Source: Lama guanicoe
Taxonomy: Eukaryota
DNA: 64,000 nt
Assembly (NCBI GenBank): GCA_013239625.1
Contig: MU053934.1
Coordinates: forward strand, 4,854,399 to 4,918,398
Direction of reading: 5' to 3'
This document shows, piece by piece, positions 11,083 to 24,612 of the stretch. Made by a program: the position numbers and the translations under genes. The notes beneath the pieces were generated by a model, which ran no database searches, was not told the DNA's origin, and saw only the letters and a program-made list of their open reading frames with translations. Numbering within the stretch: position 1 is the stretch's first letter; each line of letters starts with the position of its first letter.

Positions 11083-14000
11083 GCCTAATAATCCCAAGTC
11101 TTTCCGGCCTGTTGCAGGGTTAACACCCCTCTTCCAGGAAGCCTTCCAGCATGCACACACACCTCATCGAGCAAGGACAGCACACCCATCACCCACACAC
11201 ACACTCATACACAGACACACATGCTATTTCTCTACATCAGAGTTGCCACCTCTCCTCTGCCTCTTAGAAGCCTTCTTGAGTACCCACTGTGTGCCAGGCT
11301 TGGCACTGGACTCTGTTGGTCCTCCTGCCGCTTGCTTGTGACATGTAGGGCTCCCCAAGGGCTACATCCTGGGGGCTTTTCCTACATACAGGGTCCCTCA
11401 CTCTGGGAGGCTTCTCACTGCCCTCCCCACTCCCCAGCCCCAGACCCTGATCACGTCCTGCTCCATTCTCCACACTGAAGGCCATGTCCCTTAGGGATTG
11501 GTTTAGGGTCCTGAAAAATCCTCGTTGCTCCTCTCCGCTGAAGCTGTCAGCCACCTGGAAGGGGACGAAGTGGAATGCCATGGACAATTGATCCCCACAA
11601 GCTTGAGATGTCCCCGTTCCAGGAGAAGGCCCTGCTGACAGGAGAGGCAGCTGCCAGGTTGCTGGCGGGACTCCTTTAGGAGCAGCTGTGAGCCCCCACC
11701 TGGCTGGCAGGGAGAGGGGGAGGGAGAGGATGTGTGGGCCTGTGGGGGGAGCACAGCCCCCTCTTGAAGAGGCTGGAGGCCCCGGTGCTGCCCTCAGAAG
11801 ACTCAGGGGTTGAAGGGAGCAGTGGGGGCACCTGGGGATGCCAAGGTAGCTGATTTATGAAGTCAGATTAAGAAGACTGATGGCCTGTCCCTGAGCCAAG
11901 AAACGAGCCCTGTTGCAAACCACTGAAGGACGTGAACCAAACGTGGAGGAGGAGAAGCTTTATGAAGAGCCGTTCAGGAGAGTAATGAGGAGTAATGGGT
12001 TGAAACTGAGCCGAATATCAGGAAAGAGGTCTTGGCTGAGAAATCGGCTTGGGCTGGAAGCCGGCTGTGGCAGGAAGAGAAGGGCCTGCTTTCTGAATCC
12101 TGGGGAACCTGCTGGACCAGGCGTGGGAGGTGCCCGGGCAGAGCATTGGCCCTGGGGGAGGCTGATGGGACTCAGCGTGAGACCTCTCTCTGGGGGCACA
12201 GCTGGCTGTCTGATGACCCTCCTCCTGGCCCCCTAATCCCGAGGCAGGTCACACCAGACCTGGGCCTGCATCCCCCACCTGAGCAGGGGAGAGTCCCAGC
12301 TCTGGGGGCTGCCTGGGTCCAGGAATGGCCAAGAGGGGTTGGTGGCCCAAAGAGTGACGGCTGTCTGACAGGAAAGTGGGGGCCGGACCAGCACCATCAC
12401 CCCTTTGTGGGGGCCCAGGTCACACAGCAGGCACATGGCAGGGTGGGGATTCAGACACCAAGCAGGTGCGTGCAGAGCCCTGCTTTCTGTTTAGGGTCCC
12501 TGCAGACAACTGCGAGGAGATGGACCTCTGCGGACCTCGCCCCGTGGCCATGTTCTCGGATGCACAGCATTTCTAGAGATCTCTGAGATGCATTCCGGAG
12601 CGTGGGGACGCATCTTCACCCTGGAGCTCACTCATAGCTCCCCTGGGTGACTCTGGTCCCCAGGGGGCAGTGCCGCCCCTCCTCCCACACAGGGCCACGT
12701 GTCAAGGTGGCTCCCGCACTGGGGGAAGCGCCCCTGACTCAGGCTCTGAGGCCCCGCCCAGCTCGGGGCGGGGACAGGCTGTGCTGTGCTGGTCTGGGGA
12801 GTCCTCTGGGAGCCCGGGAGGGGGCTGCAGGGCTAGGGGTGGCAGGAGGCCTTCCCACATGCCCAGCCTCCAGCACGGGACCTGGTTCTCTCCTTTGCAA
12901 ATGAGAAGGTCACAGGTGAAACCTTGCCACCTGCGTTTCACGGTGTTTCAGTGCAGACGCGGTTTGAACCCTGATTTCCGCCATGCGTGAGCTCCCAGGT
13001 CTTGCTCTGTCATTAGTTAGGAGACCAACTGCTTCACCACCCCCAGTCTCTCCCAGAGAAAAGAATAGGGACCTGATACGCACTCGCACAGAAGCCCAGG
13101 GAGCTAAAGGTCCAGCCTGGCCTTTGGTAGATGCTCCAATGTGCCCCTGCCTTCTGAGGACCAGCTTGGGCCGTGTTCCTGGGTCCTGCTGAGGCCACTG
13201 GGCGGTAAAACAGGGACACCTTCCTTATACCAAATGGCTCTTGTTTGGTCCTATGGGGCCCGCACCCTGGCAGCAAATTGCTTTAATCTCTGTCTCCCTT
13301 TACGGTCTGGTCTGGCCATCCTGGACCTGGTCTGGGAAGTAGCGCCCACCCCCAGCCCAGCAGCCAGTGCCTGCCCTTCCCTCTCCCTCCTGGGCTCCCC
13401 TCCCCTCCAGGCTCCCCCCTCCCCACCCTCCACTCTGAACAACCTTGCTGTTGTCTTTGCAACTAGATTCTCACTGGCAGAGAGCAGCATTTGGAACGTG
13501 AACCATTTGTTTGCAGGATTTTTATTCACCCGTGAAACTTGGTGCTTGACAGACGGGGAGTAAGAAAGAAGTGTGAGTGTCAGCTCTGCCTCCTGAGCGG
13601 ATCCCCAGGTGAGCCGTACAGGCCTCAGCCCTGGTTCCTGGGCCAGAGTTCTGAGCAGATCTGGGGTTAAAGTGCTTGGCTGCAGAGCTGACGAGGACAG
13701 ATTTGTATTCAGGTAAGGTTTTGGTGGAAAGTAATAAAAAATGAAGAAGAAAAAAAAAGCTCAACACGTCCAAACAAGATTTCTCATTAGTTTGAAAGAT
13801 GGACTAGGACCTAGGTCTGTAATGATGAGACTGGCTTGTGTCCTGATTAAGTTGTCTGGAGCTTGGAAGCGGCCCTGCAGCTCCGTCCTGACCTTCACAG
13901 AGGTCTCCGAACACACCAGGCTCAAGCCTGGGGAGGCGCTGCCCAGTTTTCGGGGTGCTTTAAGATCCATCAGCCTCACCCAACAAAGACCAGGCCTCGG

Positions 14001-17000
14001 GCCCCCCAGCCTCCCCACGGAGAACGGAGGGGGGGGTGCTGGGTGGAGGGGCCGCGTCTGCCCCGTGACATCTCCCTCCGTGCCTTGGCGTCCTCGCTGC
14101 TGATGGCCATCATCACCCTTCCTGTGCAGTAACCCCGAGGATTCCCCGCAAGAGCCGGGCAGGCGAGGGCCCTCACTAGCACCCCTTCCTCTCCTGCTCC
14201 TGCCACACCCTGCCTGGTCATCTGGAGAGAGAGGCTGGCCGCCCTGCCGAGCAGCTAATTGAGGCCTGGATGCTGCTTTCTGCCTGCCGGGGCCCGGACA
14301 CGGTCACTCCAGCTGGCCCGCAGTCCCGGGCTCAGACTGGCCCTGCAGTTCTAACTGGAGGTGTGAGCATCTTGACCCAGTCCTGTGGAGCTGGCCCATG
14401 TTAAACAAGGAGTCATTTCTCAGCCCAGATGCATCTTCCTGGAGAAAGGTCTTGAAGTGCGTAATAAACAAGGTACAAAAGCAGCTCGGGTCACTCCATG
14501 TACTTTGGTGCCGACCTCAGCTACAGAAGAATGATAAGGGCCATTTATCTTCTGTCTTTGGAACATGAAAGCAGGCTCTTAGGACCGAGACTATAATATG
14601 TGAATGGAATTGCTGTTACCTAGAGCTGAAAGGCAGCGCCCTGCCTTCCAGAAGCAAGGCCTCCGGGGCAGCCTGCAGCGATCATTGGAGAAGGTGTCGC
14701 TCGCTCTTAAATTAGTGACCAGGCTTCACAGCTGTGGGGGCCTCTCCCTCCCTTGGGCTCTGAGTACAACGGCCTCCCCCAGTCTCCTGCCCCGGACTGT
14801 TTCTCTGCCACCTGCAGGCTGAAGCCACCTCAGTTTTAGGAACTGCCGAGTCCACCAGCTCTCTGTGCTCAGGCCCCGAGCCAAAGGGACCTGAGTTTCA
14901 AGCCCTGAGAATTTTGCCTTCTAAATATCTCTGGTGTCCTTTGTCTGCCAGGTCACCTTGTCATCTCCCGCTGGACCCCACGGGCCCCTTGCCCTCCCTC
15001 CATATTGACTCCATGGGATCAGATTAATCTGACTGCATCAGTCCCTCACCTTTGGTGCCTCCCGAGCGCTTTTGGCACGAGGCTCCCTCACCCTGGCATT
15101 AGCTGCCCTCTGCCCACTCTGCCAGGCTTCTCTCCATTTTCTGTCTCCTTGCTAGCTACAGTACCCCATCCGGCTCACGTTGTCCCCCCAACCACTGCTT
15201 GTGCTGGCCTCTCGGCCTGGACACCCTCCCCTCCCCAACTCTCTAGGCTTTGCTGGAGAGCGCCTCCTTGTTTTACAAGAAGTGTCTCTGGTTTTTTCGT
15301 CCTCCAGGAAGTCCTCCTGGGGCTGTAAAACCCTACCCCCTCTCAGTACACTGTGTCATGGCATTGCCTGCTTAGGTTCTGTCTGTCCCCAGTGTCCCAT
15401 CTCTCCAGGAATGACAGCTCTGTCCAAAACCTGACCCTGTCACTCCCGGGGCCCCTGCTGCCAATAGGAACTGACTTCACCCAGATGGAGCCCCCAGGCC
15501 GGCTTGAGACAGCTGCCCAGAACCGCCTGAGGCCAGACACCAGCACTGGCTGGGACCCTGAGGAAGGCGGCTGGTTGGAGGGGACCAAGAGCCCCTTGCC
15601 CCTCGGCTTCTGGGACCTACCCTGTCAACTTCCTCTTTGTAGACCAACTGACCCACCTCCTTGGCCCGCAGCACTCTCTCCCAGATTCTACTCGGTTACA
15701 GCTGCTATCAGCTGGCATCTTCTTATCTGCTGGGGAGGGCTGCTCAGTCCGCAGAGCCCTGGTCCCCTCAGCTCAGCCACCCGAGAGTCACATCATTATG
15801 TTTTCATTACATGTTCTCATTTGGAAGGACCCAAGTGGCACCAGGATGTGGATCCATCTGGAAACCTCTCATGTCCTGGGGCAGAACCCAAGAAGAGGCG
15901 GTGACAAGGACCAGATGGGGTCCCTATGGACAAGGGTCACTTGTGCCTTGAATGCTCCCCTCTTCCCTGGAAGTGTCCCTGTGCTTGTCATGATGATGGG
16001 GAGGGGAAGGGTCATGAAATGTCACACGGGGAGAAAATTTAAAATTTTCTAACTTATATAACCTAAGCCACAATGTGCCCCAGCAAGACACTGCGTTCCC
16101 TGTTCCAACACTGCAGAGCCTCAGAAAGACAGTAAGCCACCTGCATTCCCGAGCAAGGCTGGTCTCATCACCTCTTCCTCCTCCTCAAGGGCCCACAAAG
16201 GACCTCGAGCACAGCCATGGAGATGCCACAGCCCTGGGGCTCTTGAAAGCCCAGGGACCCTTGGGGTCACCCCAAGGGGGCACATGCTTACAGCCTGGTC
16301 CTTTCGGTGTATTTGCCTTGTCATCTGCATTCTGTGTTTATTCCACGTCTCAGAAATGCTACTTCTGCAACTCCAAGGTCACACCTAGGTCCGGGGATTG
16401 GATGCGGCTCCGAGGAAACTTGGTACCAGTGGAGAGAATGCTGGATTCCTACCAATAACATCAGTGTGGGAAACAGCTGCAGATAAATAACATGTGGACT
16501 CATAGCAAAGCCCCCGATCTTGTTATTTCTTGGCAAAAGACAGAGCCTCTTAATCTGAGTGTCCTGATTTCAAAGGGGCATGTGCTCCCTCACGGGGTCT
16601 GGGTGATGCTGCCTGCACAGCACCTGGCAAGTGCCCTGGAAGGTGACTGTCAGCACTCGCTAGGGGCCGAGGATGCAGAACCAGAAGCCTGGTCTCCACC
16701 CCAGGGGCCCAGTCAAGGAGGGAAAGCATCTTAGGGTTTGTTGGGTCAGAAGGAGCAAACCTCTTTTGAACCAGTTTAAGTAAAGTGAGTTAGTGAGTTT
16801 GCTGTCAGGATCGTGGCAGATCTCCCAGGACTTGCTGCAGGGACAGAGGGTACCTCTCCTGGCCTCTTGGGGCCCTGCCTCTCCCTGCATGCAGGCTCCA
16901 TTCTCCACGGGCAGCCAGAGCTGTTTCTGCCCTCCATTCCTCAGCTGCACCTCCACCCAAGGCCAACACCATCTGCCTCACATCCAGGTCTCTGGGGTCC

Positions 17001-18894
17001 CAGGACTGGAATCCAATTGGCCCTCATCCCGTCAGGGGTGGACAGAGCTGGTCTCCTGGGATGGAAGGAGGACATCCTTTGCCTGTGGAGGTAGAAGAAG
17101 ATTTCTCTAGAAGGTGTGTAATTGTATCTCTGTTACAGACAAAAAGAAGTGCAGACTGTTCATGGACTGCTGTGGGAGCCCAGAGGAGGGGCGTGCCAAG
17201 ACCTTGCAGAAGGCATGAGAGGGTGGTCCCAGGAGACTTCACAGAACAGGAGGACTTAACCCAAGGCCACAAGCTTCCGAAGGCTGAGCTGGGCCTTGTG
17301 TGAACCCCCAACACCTAGCACCAGGCCTGGTCGGAGAAGATAATGGATGAATCAGTGAATGAATGACTCTCAAATGTGGTGGGCCTGGCTGTGAGGCCTG
17401 CATTAGAGTTTACAGGAATGAGGAGGTGGACGGGCGGGGCAGGACCAGGACACCCCTCAGGCTGTGGACCGACCCTGACGGGAGCAGAGAGCCAGTATGT
17501 GACATCCACAGAGGCCTTGACTTTCAACCCAGCAATTCCACACCCAGGAATGTATTCCACGGAATTACTTGCACAAATACACACAGATATTTCCTACGGC
17601 GTGGAAGCCACCTAAATTTCCATCAAAATGGGATTGAAACACTACACAGCATGGAGCCTTTGTGTAACGAAATTCCAGGAGCCATTAGCGAGCACAGAGT
17701 TGGTTTGCGCAGCCTGATCCCAAAAGAGCTGCAAAGATGCCTCGTGAAGTGAAGAGCAGCAGGTGCAGCACCGGGTAAGGAGAAGCAGGGTGGGCGGTGG
17801 GGTGTGACCCTGCGCTGGTGCAGAAATGTTCGTGGGAAGAGGGGGGAGGCAGGCGAGGACGTCTGACTTATCATAAACCCTTGTGCTTTTCCCGTTTGTA
17901 TTTGTCTCAGTTTGCAAAGCAGTTCTTAAAGATGGAAAACAACAAACACACTTATTTAGCATCCTTCTGGCAGGAAGGAGCAAGTTGCTTGCTAGTAATG
18001 TGATGAATCTTCAAAAAATTGCCCTTAAACATAGAGGTGGGGTGACCTTGGTCTAGACTGGGGCCCAGGCTGGCCCTGGGGGAGGTGAGTGTTGGTCCCC
18101 CGGGGGGTCCAGGAGGGAGCGGCCAGCAGGCACCTTGGCCAGCCCTGGCTCTGGAACTGGCAGTTTGGGACTCTGGAGCCGGCATCATAGGCCTGGGAGA
18201 CTGGGGCCCGCTTCAGGGCCCGCAGGTCCCTCCACCGCCCCACCCTCTGTGGCAAGCAGCACAGGGAAGGCTGAGCCTACATGCCAGGCAGGGTCAATGT
18301 CCTGCTCTGTCTGGGGGCCCGAGCCTGAGCCCCAAGGCAATGCCTGCCTGCATGTGGCCTGGGAGGCGGTGGCTTTGCAGAAAAGATTTGCTGTTTCCTC
18401 TAAAAATGTCTTCACCAGGCAGAGGCTTGAGGAGTTATAAACTTGACCACTTGGTGCCCTTGAGAAAGGAGGGGACCAAAGGAGACAAGGGAAGGGGCTC
18501 GGGGGAAGGCCCGGCTGTTCTCTCCCTGTGAAACCCCACCCCACTCCGGGCCACCCGGTGACTGGACATTTCCCTCCATGTCTAGCAGACACCACAGAGG
18601 CGGGCTTGGGAACTGTCCTCCTGCGCTGGGCATCTGCTGTGGAATAGGGTCAGGGCCTAAGCTGGCAGGAATTTGGTGAATTCATGATTTCTAATAAAAG
18701 TAACTGCAAAGCAGGATAGGTGTTAGAATATTTGATTCTTCAGAGCTTTAGGGAGAAAGTTTCCTGCACTTCTCCCCAGGTGGGACCTTCTCCCCAGGCC
18801 CTTGGCCCAGGGCCACCCGTAAGCCGTGGTTAAGCAGGCATATTCAGCATTCACTTGTTTTTGCTGGGGGGTGCTTGGTTGGATTTAACCTAGT

Positions 18895-19110
18895 CAGCTA
18901 GTATTTCTTGAGCATCTGTAGTGTTTTCATACAGCCTAAATCTCTGCCTGGTGTGTCACTCACATCACTCCTCGAGATCTGAGTAAGAAGCCTGTGAAGT
19001 CTTCGTCCCCGTTTTAACAGATGAGGAAATGGAGGCTCAGACAGCTTCGGAGCCTCACCTAAGGTCTCCTGAAGGTGGCCTGGCGGGACGCTGGGCACAT
19101 ATTTGGGTCT
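18895..19110 (-). mobile_element. MIR SINE
   Basis: MIR core: ccccgttttaacagatgaggaaatggaggctcaga...cctaaggtc. Confidence 0.7.
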
Positions 19111-20426
19111 CACCTTGCTCTGCTGTGTCTCCAGTTCCCCCCAAGGTTTGACCTCTTTCTGTCCTGAGCCCGCAGGAGACTCAGACTATACAGCAGCCCC
19201 AAGTCCTGTGGGCCTGATCCTTCACGCCAGCCTCACCCCCACCCCCGATACCCAGGCCAGTCCCGACCTCTGCTGTGCACCCCAGGCCTGCCTTCCCCAG
19301 AGCATCCCAGCTCCTGGATAGAAGAAATAGGTTCAGATCCCGAGCTTGGGGCTTCCTAACTAGGTGAACCTGGGGAAAGGTGTCCCCCACCCACACTTCC
19401 CCCAGCCTCAGTTTCCTCAGCTGTCAAATGTGGGCAGGAGCAGCCAATAATTGAATGAAATGCTGAAGTTAAAGCACTGAACATGAGCCTCGCACCCTTG
19501 CAGAACTCAGTTAGCATTAACTCCTTGTCACTGTTATGATCTGGTCAGGACTCTTCTCTTAGCCTGAATCAGGAAGCAGGTAGTCCACCAGCCAAGGCTT
19601 GCAGAGGCAGACAGACTGACATGACAACCTTCTGACCTTCTGACCTCTGGCAGAGACGTGACCAGCCTCCTGGTCCCCAGGCCCTGGTCACCCCTGGGCC
19701 CTTCCCTCTTGTCCTTCCTCATTCTATCAGAGCCAAACCACGAAGCAGGACGTCTACCTGCCACCCCCACAGCCCACCTTCCTTCTGGGCTCAATTCCAT
19801 TGCTGTGGCTTCGGGAAGACATGCCTGTCTTCCTGTCCCCTTGGCCCAGGGGCGCCTCACCTGGAATTTTGAATGAGTGACTGTGATAATGTGGGCTGGC
19901 CCGGCTGTCAGTCTGGCGGCCTATTTAGGGGTCTTTGGCCTGGCTTTAGAATTCAGAATCTGTCGGGTTGATTGAATGCCCTTGTTCAAATTCTCTGCAC
20001 ACTGGATCCTGTCCCCAAGGCTGGGTGAACACAGCGGGAGCGGCAGGACGGAGCCCCCCCCGCCCCCCGTGCAGCCCGGCTGCACCCACCATGGGCATTT
20101 GGTGCAGCCCTGGCGGCTGGAAGGCCATGGAAAGCAGGGGTATGCGGTGGACGCTGGTCATTCACTTTGGCCCAAACCCCGTCCTGTGGGAAGACCGCCT
20201 CCCCTAAAGGAGCTGGAAACGTCCCTCTCCCTGCTTGCCTTGCAGCTGGGGCGCAGAGCACGCTTCGACTTGGGGCCTTTTTCCTTCTCTGGGGGCAGCG
20301 GTCTCGGATGCAGAAGTGGCCGTGGTGCCACTGCGGCGTCCCAGGCTCACTGAGAGCAAGCTCAAGGTCGGCCGTGCTCGGAAGCTTCCGCCGTCCTGAC
20401 CGCGCCCTCTTAACAAGTCCTTTTTT

Positions 20427-20586
20427 GTTGTTGTTAATTTAACATTTAAGTTTATTTATTTATTTATATTTGAGGGGGTGGATAAGGTTTATTTATTTAG
20501 TTATTTTAATGGAGGTACTGGGAATCGAACCCAGGAACTCGTGCATGGTAAGCACAGACTCTGTCCTGAACTATACCCCCACCCCC
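20427..20586 (-). mobile_element. tRNA-Ala-derived SINE (camelid vic-1-like)
   Basis: Reverse complement gives GGGGGTATAGTTCAG...GTGCTTACCATGCACGAGTTCCTGGGTTCGATTCCCAGTACCTCCA plus an (AAAT)n tail. TSD-like flanks cttaacaagtcctttttt / cttaaagtcctttttt. Confidence 0.9.
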
Positions 20587-21114
20587 CTTAAAGTCCTTTT
20601 TTCCCTCCTCACGGAGTCAGCTTCTTATAGCTACTTACAGCCAAGAGCCCCAGCTGGTCCTGGTGCCGGTGCTGACTCGTCCTTACTTACACTTGTCCCA
20701 ACCTGTCACGGTGGCTTGCCCCTTTAGTCCTGGGCAAATGCCTGGGTTTGCAAACTTGTATTTGCACCTGCTACGGACCACAGAACCCTCCACATGCAGG
20801 GTCCCCCCCGCATCTCAGCAGCACCGCCGTTCTCTGCATTTTGTGTACGCCGGCTGCTCTTCCTGTGCTGACGACCGCATCCTCCTCAGCTCTGTGCATG
20901 AAGTCATCCGCTCTGGGCGGAGGGCAAGGGGGAGCCTGTCTCTCGGGTGCTTCTAAAGGCAGTTGCCCTGGGTTGGGTGTTCTGGAAAACCAGAACTGGA
21001 GAGGTAGTCTTTCCTGAGTCTGCACTTTAAGGAAGGTCTGAGCTCCTGGAAGATGGGGCTGAGGTGCACTGGGAGCTAGGAAGGAGGAGGAGGACACACA
21101 TACACACACAGAGT

Positions 21115-21680
21115 CTTTCCTTTTTAATTGAGCTATATAACATACAGAGTAAGACATGTAACAGGCAAAGTGCACGGATCCGAAACCACAGCTTGAACTG
21201 TGTTTATGTATATGTACCCCTGCATAACCATCGCTTACATCAAGATGTAGAAGAGCCTCCCCTGCCCCGAGGTTCCTGGTACCCCTTCCCACTCAATCCC
21301 AACTCCCCCCCCGCCCCCAAGGTAACCACTATTCTGACCTCTGTCACTCTACACCAGTTCTGCCTGTCCTTGAACTTCATATAAATGGAAAGAAACAATT
21401 GTAGTCTTTTGTGTCTGACTTCTTTCATAAGGTCTATGAGATTCATCTAGGATGCCCTGTATTGTGTATCAAAAGTTAATCCTTTTTCTTTATGAGGTGT
21501 ATCCATTGTACATGTGGGACTCAGTTTACCCATTCTCATCCTGGTGGGCATTGACCCATTTCTACTCTTTGCCTATTATGAATATGGCTGCTAGGACATT
21601 CTTGCCCTTGTCTTTGGATGGATGGTTTGCCTATTTTTCATAGTTTTTACCCAGAGGTGGAATTTGTGGGTCACAGGGTA
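21115..21680 (-). mobile_element. L1MC/ME-type 3' end
   Basis: ttaattgagctatataacatacag...aggtaaccactattctgacctct...gcctgtccttgaacttcatataaatggaa. Confidence 0.85.
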
Positions 21681-21696
21681 GGCATGCGGGACTAAC

Positions 21697-21900
21697 CATT
21701 GGCATGCTGATAAATGTTTAACCACCAGCTCTTTGGGGAGAAAAAAAGCTTTGCTATGTAGTACTGGCGAATTTCCATGGCATAAATAATTCCACTACGG
21801 CCAATGTCAAGCTACCCACGTGAATCACTGCATCCAGATTAGGAGAGAGAGGCACACGATGTGACCTTGGTGCCGTGTGAGCCAGACTGGGAACACCACC
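21697..21900. mobile_element. MER63-like hAT DNA transposon
   Basis: gctgataaatgtttaaccaccagctct...aatttccatgg...ggccaatgtcaagctacc. Confidence 0.6.
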
Positions 21901-24249
21901 AGGGCGATTTCCTTTAGGATCTTGTTCAAACAGAGCAGAGCCTCTGAACCCAGAGACAAGTCAGTGTCGCATCCACATGGGTACCGTCACCCTTCATACT
22001 CGCTTTCCTGTTGTCACCTGAGTCCGGTCCGTGGGCTCCAGGGCAGGGTGCACCCCTCACCTGGGCACTGGGCGGGGGTGCGGTCACGTGGCTGCCGCAG
22101 GGATGGGTGAACTGTGGAGAGATGCCCCCTCCCCACCGAAGTGTCCCTTTACTGCCAACCTTGGAGGGTGCAGGTCTAATCATTGTTAAGGAAAGTGGTC
22201 AATTCTGTACAGAAACTGAGGTTCAAGGAGCTTAAGGGTCTCGCTGACAATCACGCAGCTAACGAGAGAGGCCGGGCTGAATGCCACCGCCGCAGCCGGT
22301 GCTGGGAAAGGAAAGCCCTGCTGTTGGCCGAATGAGCCTCTGATGATATTCAGGCTCCTCCACAGGCTGGCTAGGGAGGGGATGGTCCTGCACCCCTTCT
22401 GACACCCCAAAGCCCCCGTGGAAGGCTGGGCCGGCCAGCCCGGCCTCGCTGCTTTATTTGCAGCTCCAATGGCCCCGTGTGCGGCCGCCGGCGTGTCTCC
22501 CGGGCAGCAGCAGGCCAGGCCTCAGGGAGCTGGAGCGCAGGGTGCTTTCAGTCCGGGCGCGGCAGCTGTTAGCAGACACGCTGCCCTGAGGGCCGGGAGT
22601 CTCCGAGGGTGCACCTGCTCCCCAGAAGGCTCCATGACCATCTTCCACCCTCGCAGCCGGCCTGCCCTGGGGTGGGGATGGGCTTAGTGTTCCCTTCTTC
22701 CCAGCCGCTGCCCGCCCCTCTGTCCCCAGTCCCCTGTGTCTGTCCATCAGCCGCCGACTCACCCCATTCTCCCCCACAGACATTTCCTGGCTCTCCACTG
22801 CCTGCAAGAGAACATCTAAACTCCCGTGTTTGTTGTCTTTCAGGGTCTTACAGATGGCGCACCTGCCTGCTTCCCAGAACTCCTGTCACTCACCAGCCGG
22901 CCCTTCCCGGCAGACACCCTGCTCACTGATGCACAGCCTGTGTCCTCTGTCGAGCGTGGACCACACTTCTCCACCTGGTGAGCTCAGCCTTGATGACTTA
23001 GCTCAATAGCATCTCTTCTGTGCCTCACCTCCCCATCCCGGGCAGAATTAGCCAGTCACCCAACCCCGCACAGCTGCCTCTGGAACAATCCATTGTGTGG
23101 TAATGGGGGTGGGGGGTGCCATCTCTAGTCTGCCTCTCAAGGCCCCAGACAAGGGCATCTTCGTCTTGGTGCTTTGGTGCCTAACCTTGAGCCCGGCACG
23201 TAGCAGAGGCACTCAGGAAATGTCCATGGTTTACTTAAAATAAGTAAAGAAATATCTTGGCGCTAAAGATGACTGTCAATACCTTCCTATCTGAACGTGG
23301 TCCAGGGAGGGCACGGGGTGGGACGGTGTTTGGAGTCTCGTCTCTGAGGAGGGTCCCCAGGCGCTGCCGCAGTGGCAGCAGTGGAAGGATCCCCAGCCTG
23401 AGCTTTGTCTCAGGACCCCTCCCCAAGGCTGGACTTGGGGAGTGGCCTCCCTTTCCTTCTGCGGCCTGGTGGCGGAGGAGCAGCACCACTTTGCAGCTGT
23501 ACTGACCCCTAAGGCTTCCCACCTGCCTGACTGTGTCCACAATGGGGCAGATGGTCCCATCGGTGGGGTCACCATCAGACATGGGAGGAAAGGCCCTGGC
23601 AGAGCACCTGCTGCTGCTGGTGCTCGGCCAACAGCAGTGACTGTCACCTCCCTGGCTTCCCGGCCAGTGTGGCTCTGCTCCAGTTTGACCAGACTCACCT
23701 GCTTGGTTTTAAATGCAAATAAGAGATTTCCTTCTGCTGTTTCCTCCACGATCATTCTGATCTTCTATAAAATGACTAGAAGGAGTTAGACTCGGTTCAC
23801 AGCAAGGGGACTGAGTTTGGGGTAGGTTTTTTTCCCTCTTCTTCTTTCTCAAAAATTTTTTGAGACGAGACTATATCACTACCCTGACCTGGTCTGAGCC
23901 CCTGCTGGAAACTCCAATTAATAGATAGAAGTGAAGAGTGAAATAAGTTGGAAAAGTGAGCATCAGCTTGAACAAAGAATAAGTTCTGCTTCTAACATTG
24001 GAGACCAGGGCGTCATGGGTGGAGACGGAGGGGCCCTGGGTCCCAGTCCTGCCCGTCCACCCGGGGACGTGGCCTGAGCACCTCCGAAACTTGGTTCCTC
24101 ACATTCGAGGCAGGGTAATCATGCTGACCTGCAAACACTGTTGAGGGGCAAATGAAATAATGTGTGGAGACAACTTTCTAACCTGAAAAACGGTGTGAAA
24201 CTACTGGGTCTTCTACCATTTTAGCCATTCAGGGTCTTTTACCACTGAA

Positions 24250-24612
24250 AAAAAAATGTGTGGTCTATCCACACCATGGAATATTATTCAGCCTTAAAAA
24301 GGAAGGAAATCCTGAAACATGCTACAATGTGGGTGAACCTTGAAGATATTTTGCTAAGTGAAATAAGCCAGCCATAAAAACATAAATCCTATGTGATTCC
24401 ACTTACATGAGGCACCTAGGAGTCAAGTTCATAGGGACAGAAAATAGAATGATGGGGGTGGGGTGGGGCTGGGGGAGGGGGAGGGGAGACCAGATGCATG
24501 GTATGATGGATATACAACCAGGTGGATGAACTTAATGGCTCTGAACTGTACCCTTAAAAATGGCTAAAATGGTCAATTTTATGTTATGTATATTTTACCA
24601 CACACACACAAA
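24250..24612 (+). mobile_element. L1MA/MB 3' end
   Basis: atggaatattattcagccttaaaaaggaaggaaatcctg...ttaaaaatggctaaaatggtcaattttatgttatgtatattttaccac. Confidence 0.9.

Noticed and set aside
3952..12745. Several AP-1 TGAGTCA heptamers
   Set aside because: Isolated 7-mers are expected by chance over this length and show no clear clustering.
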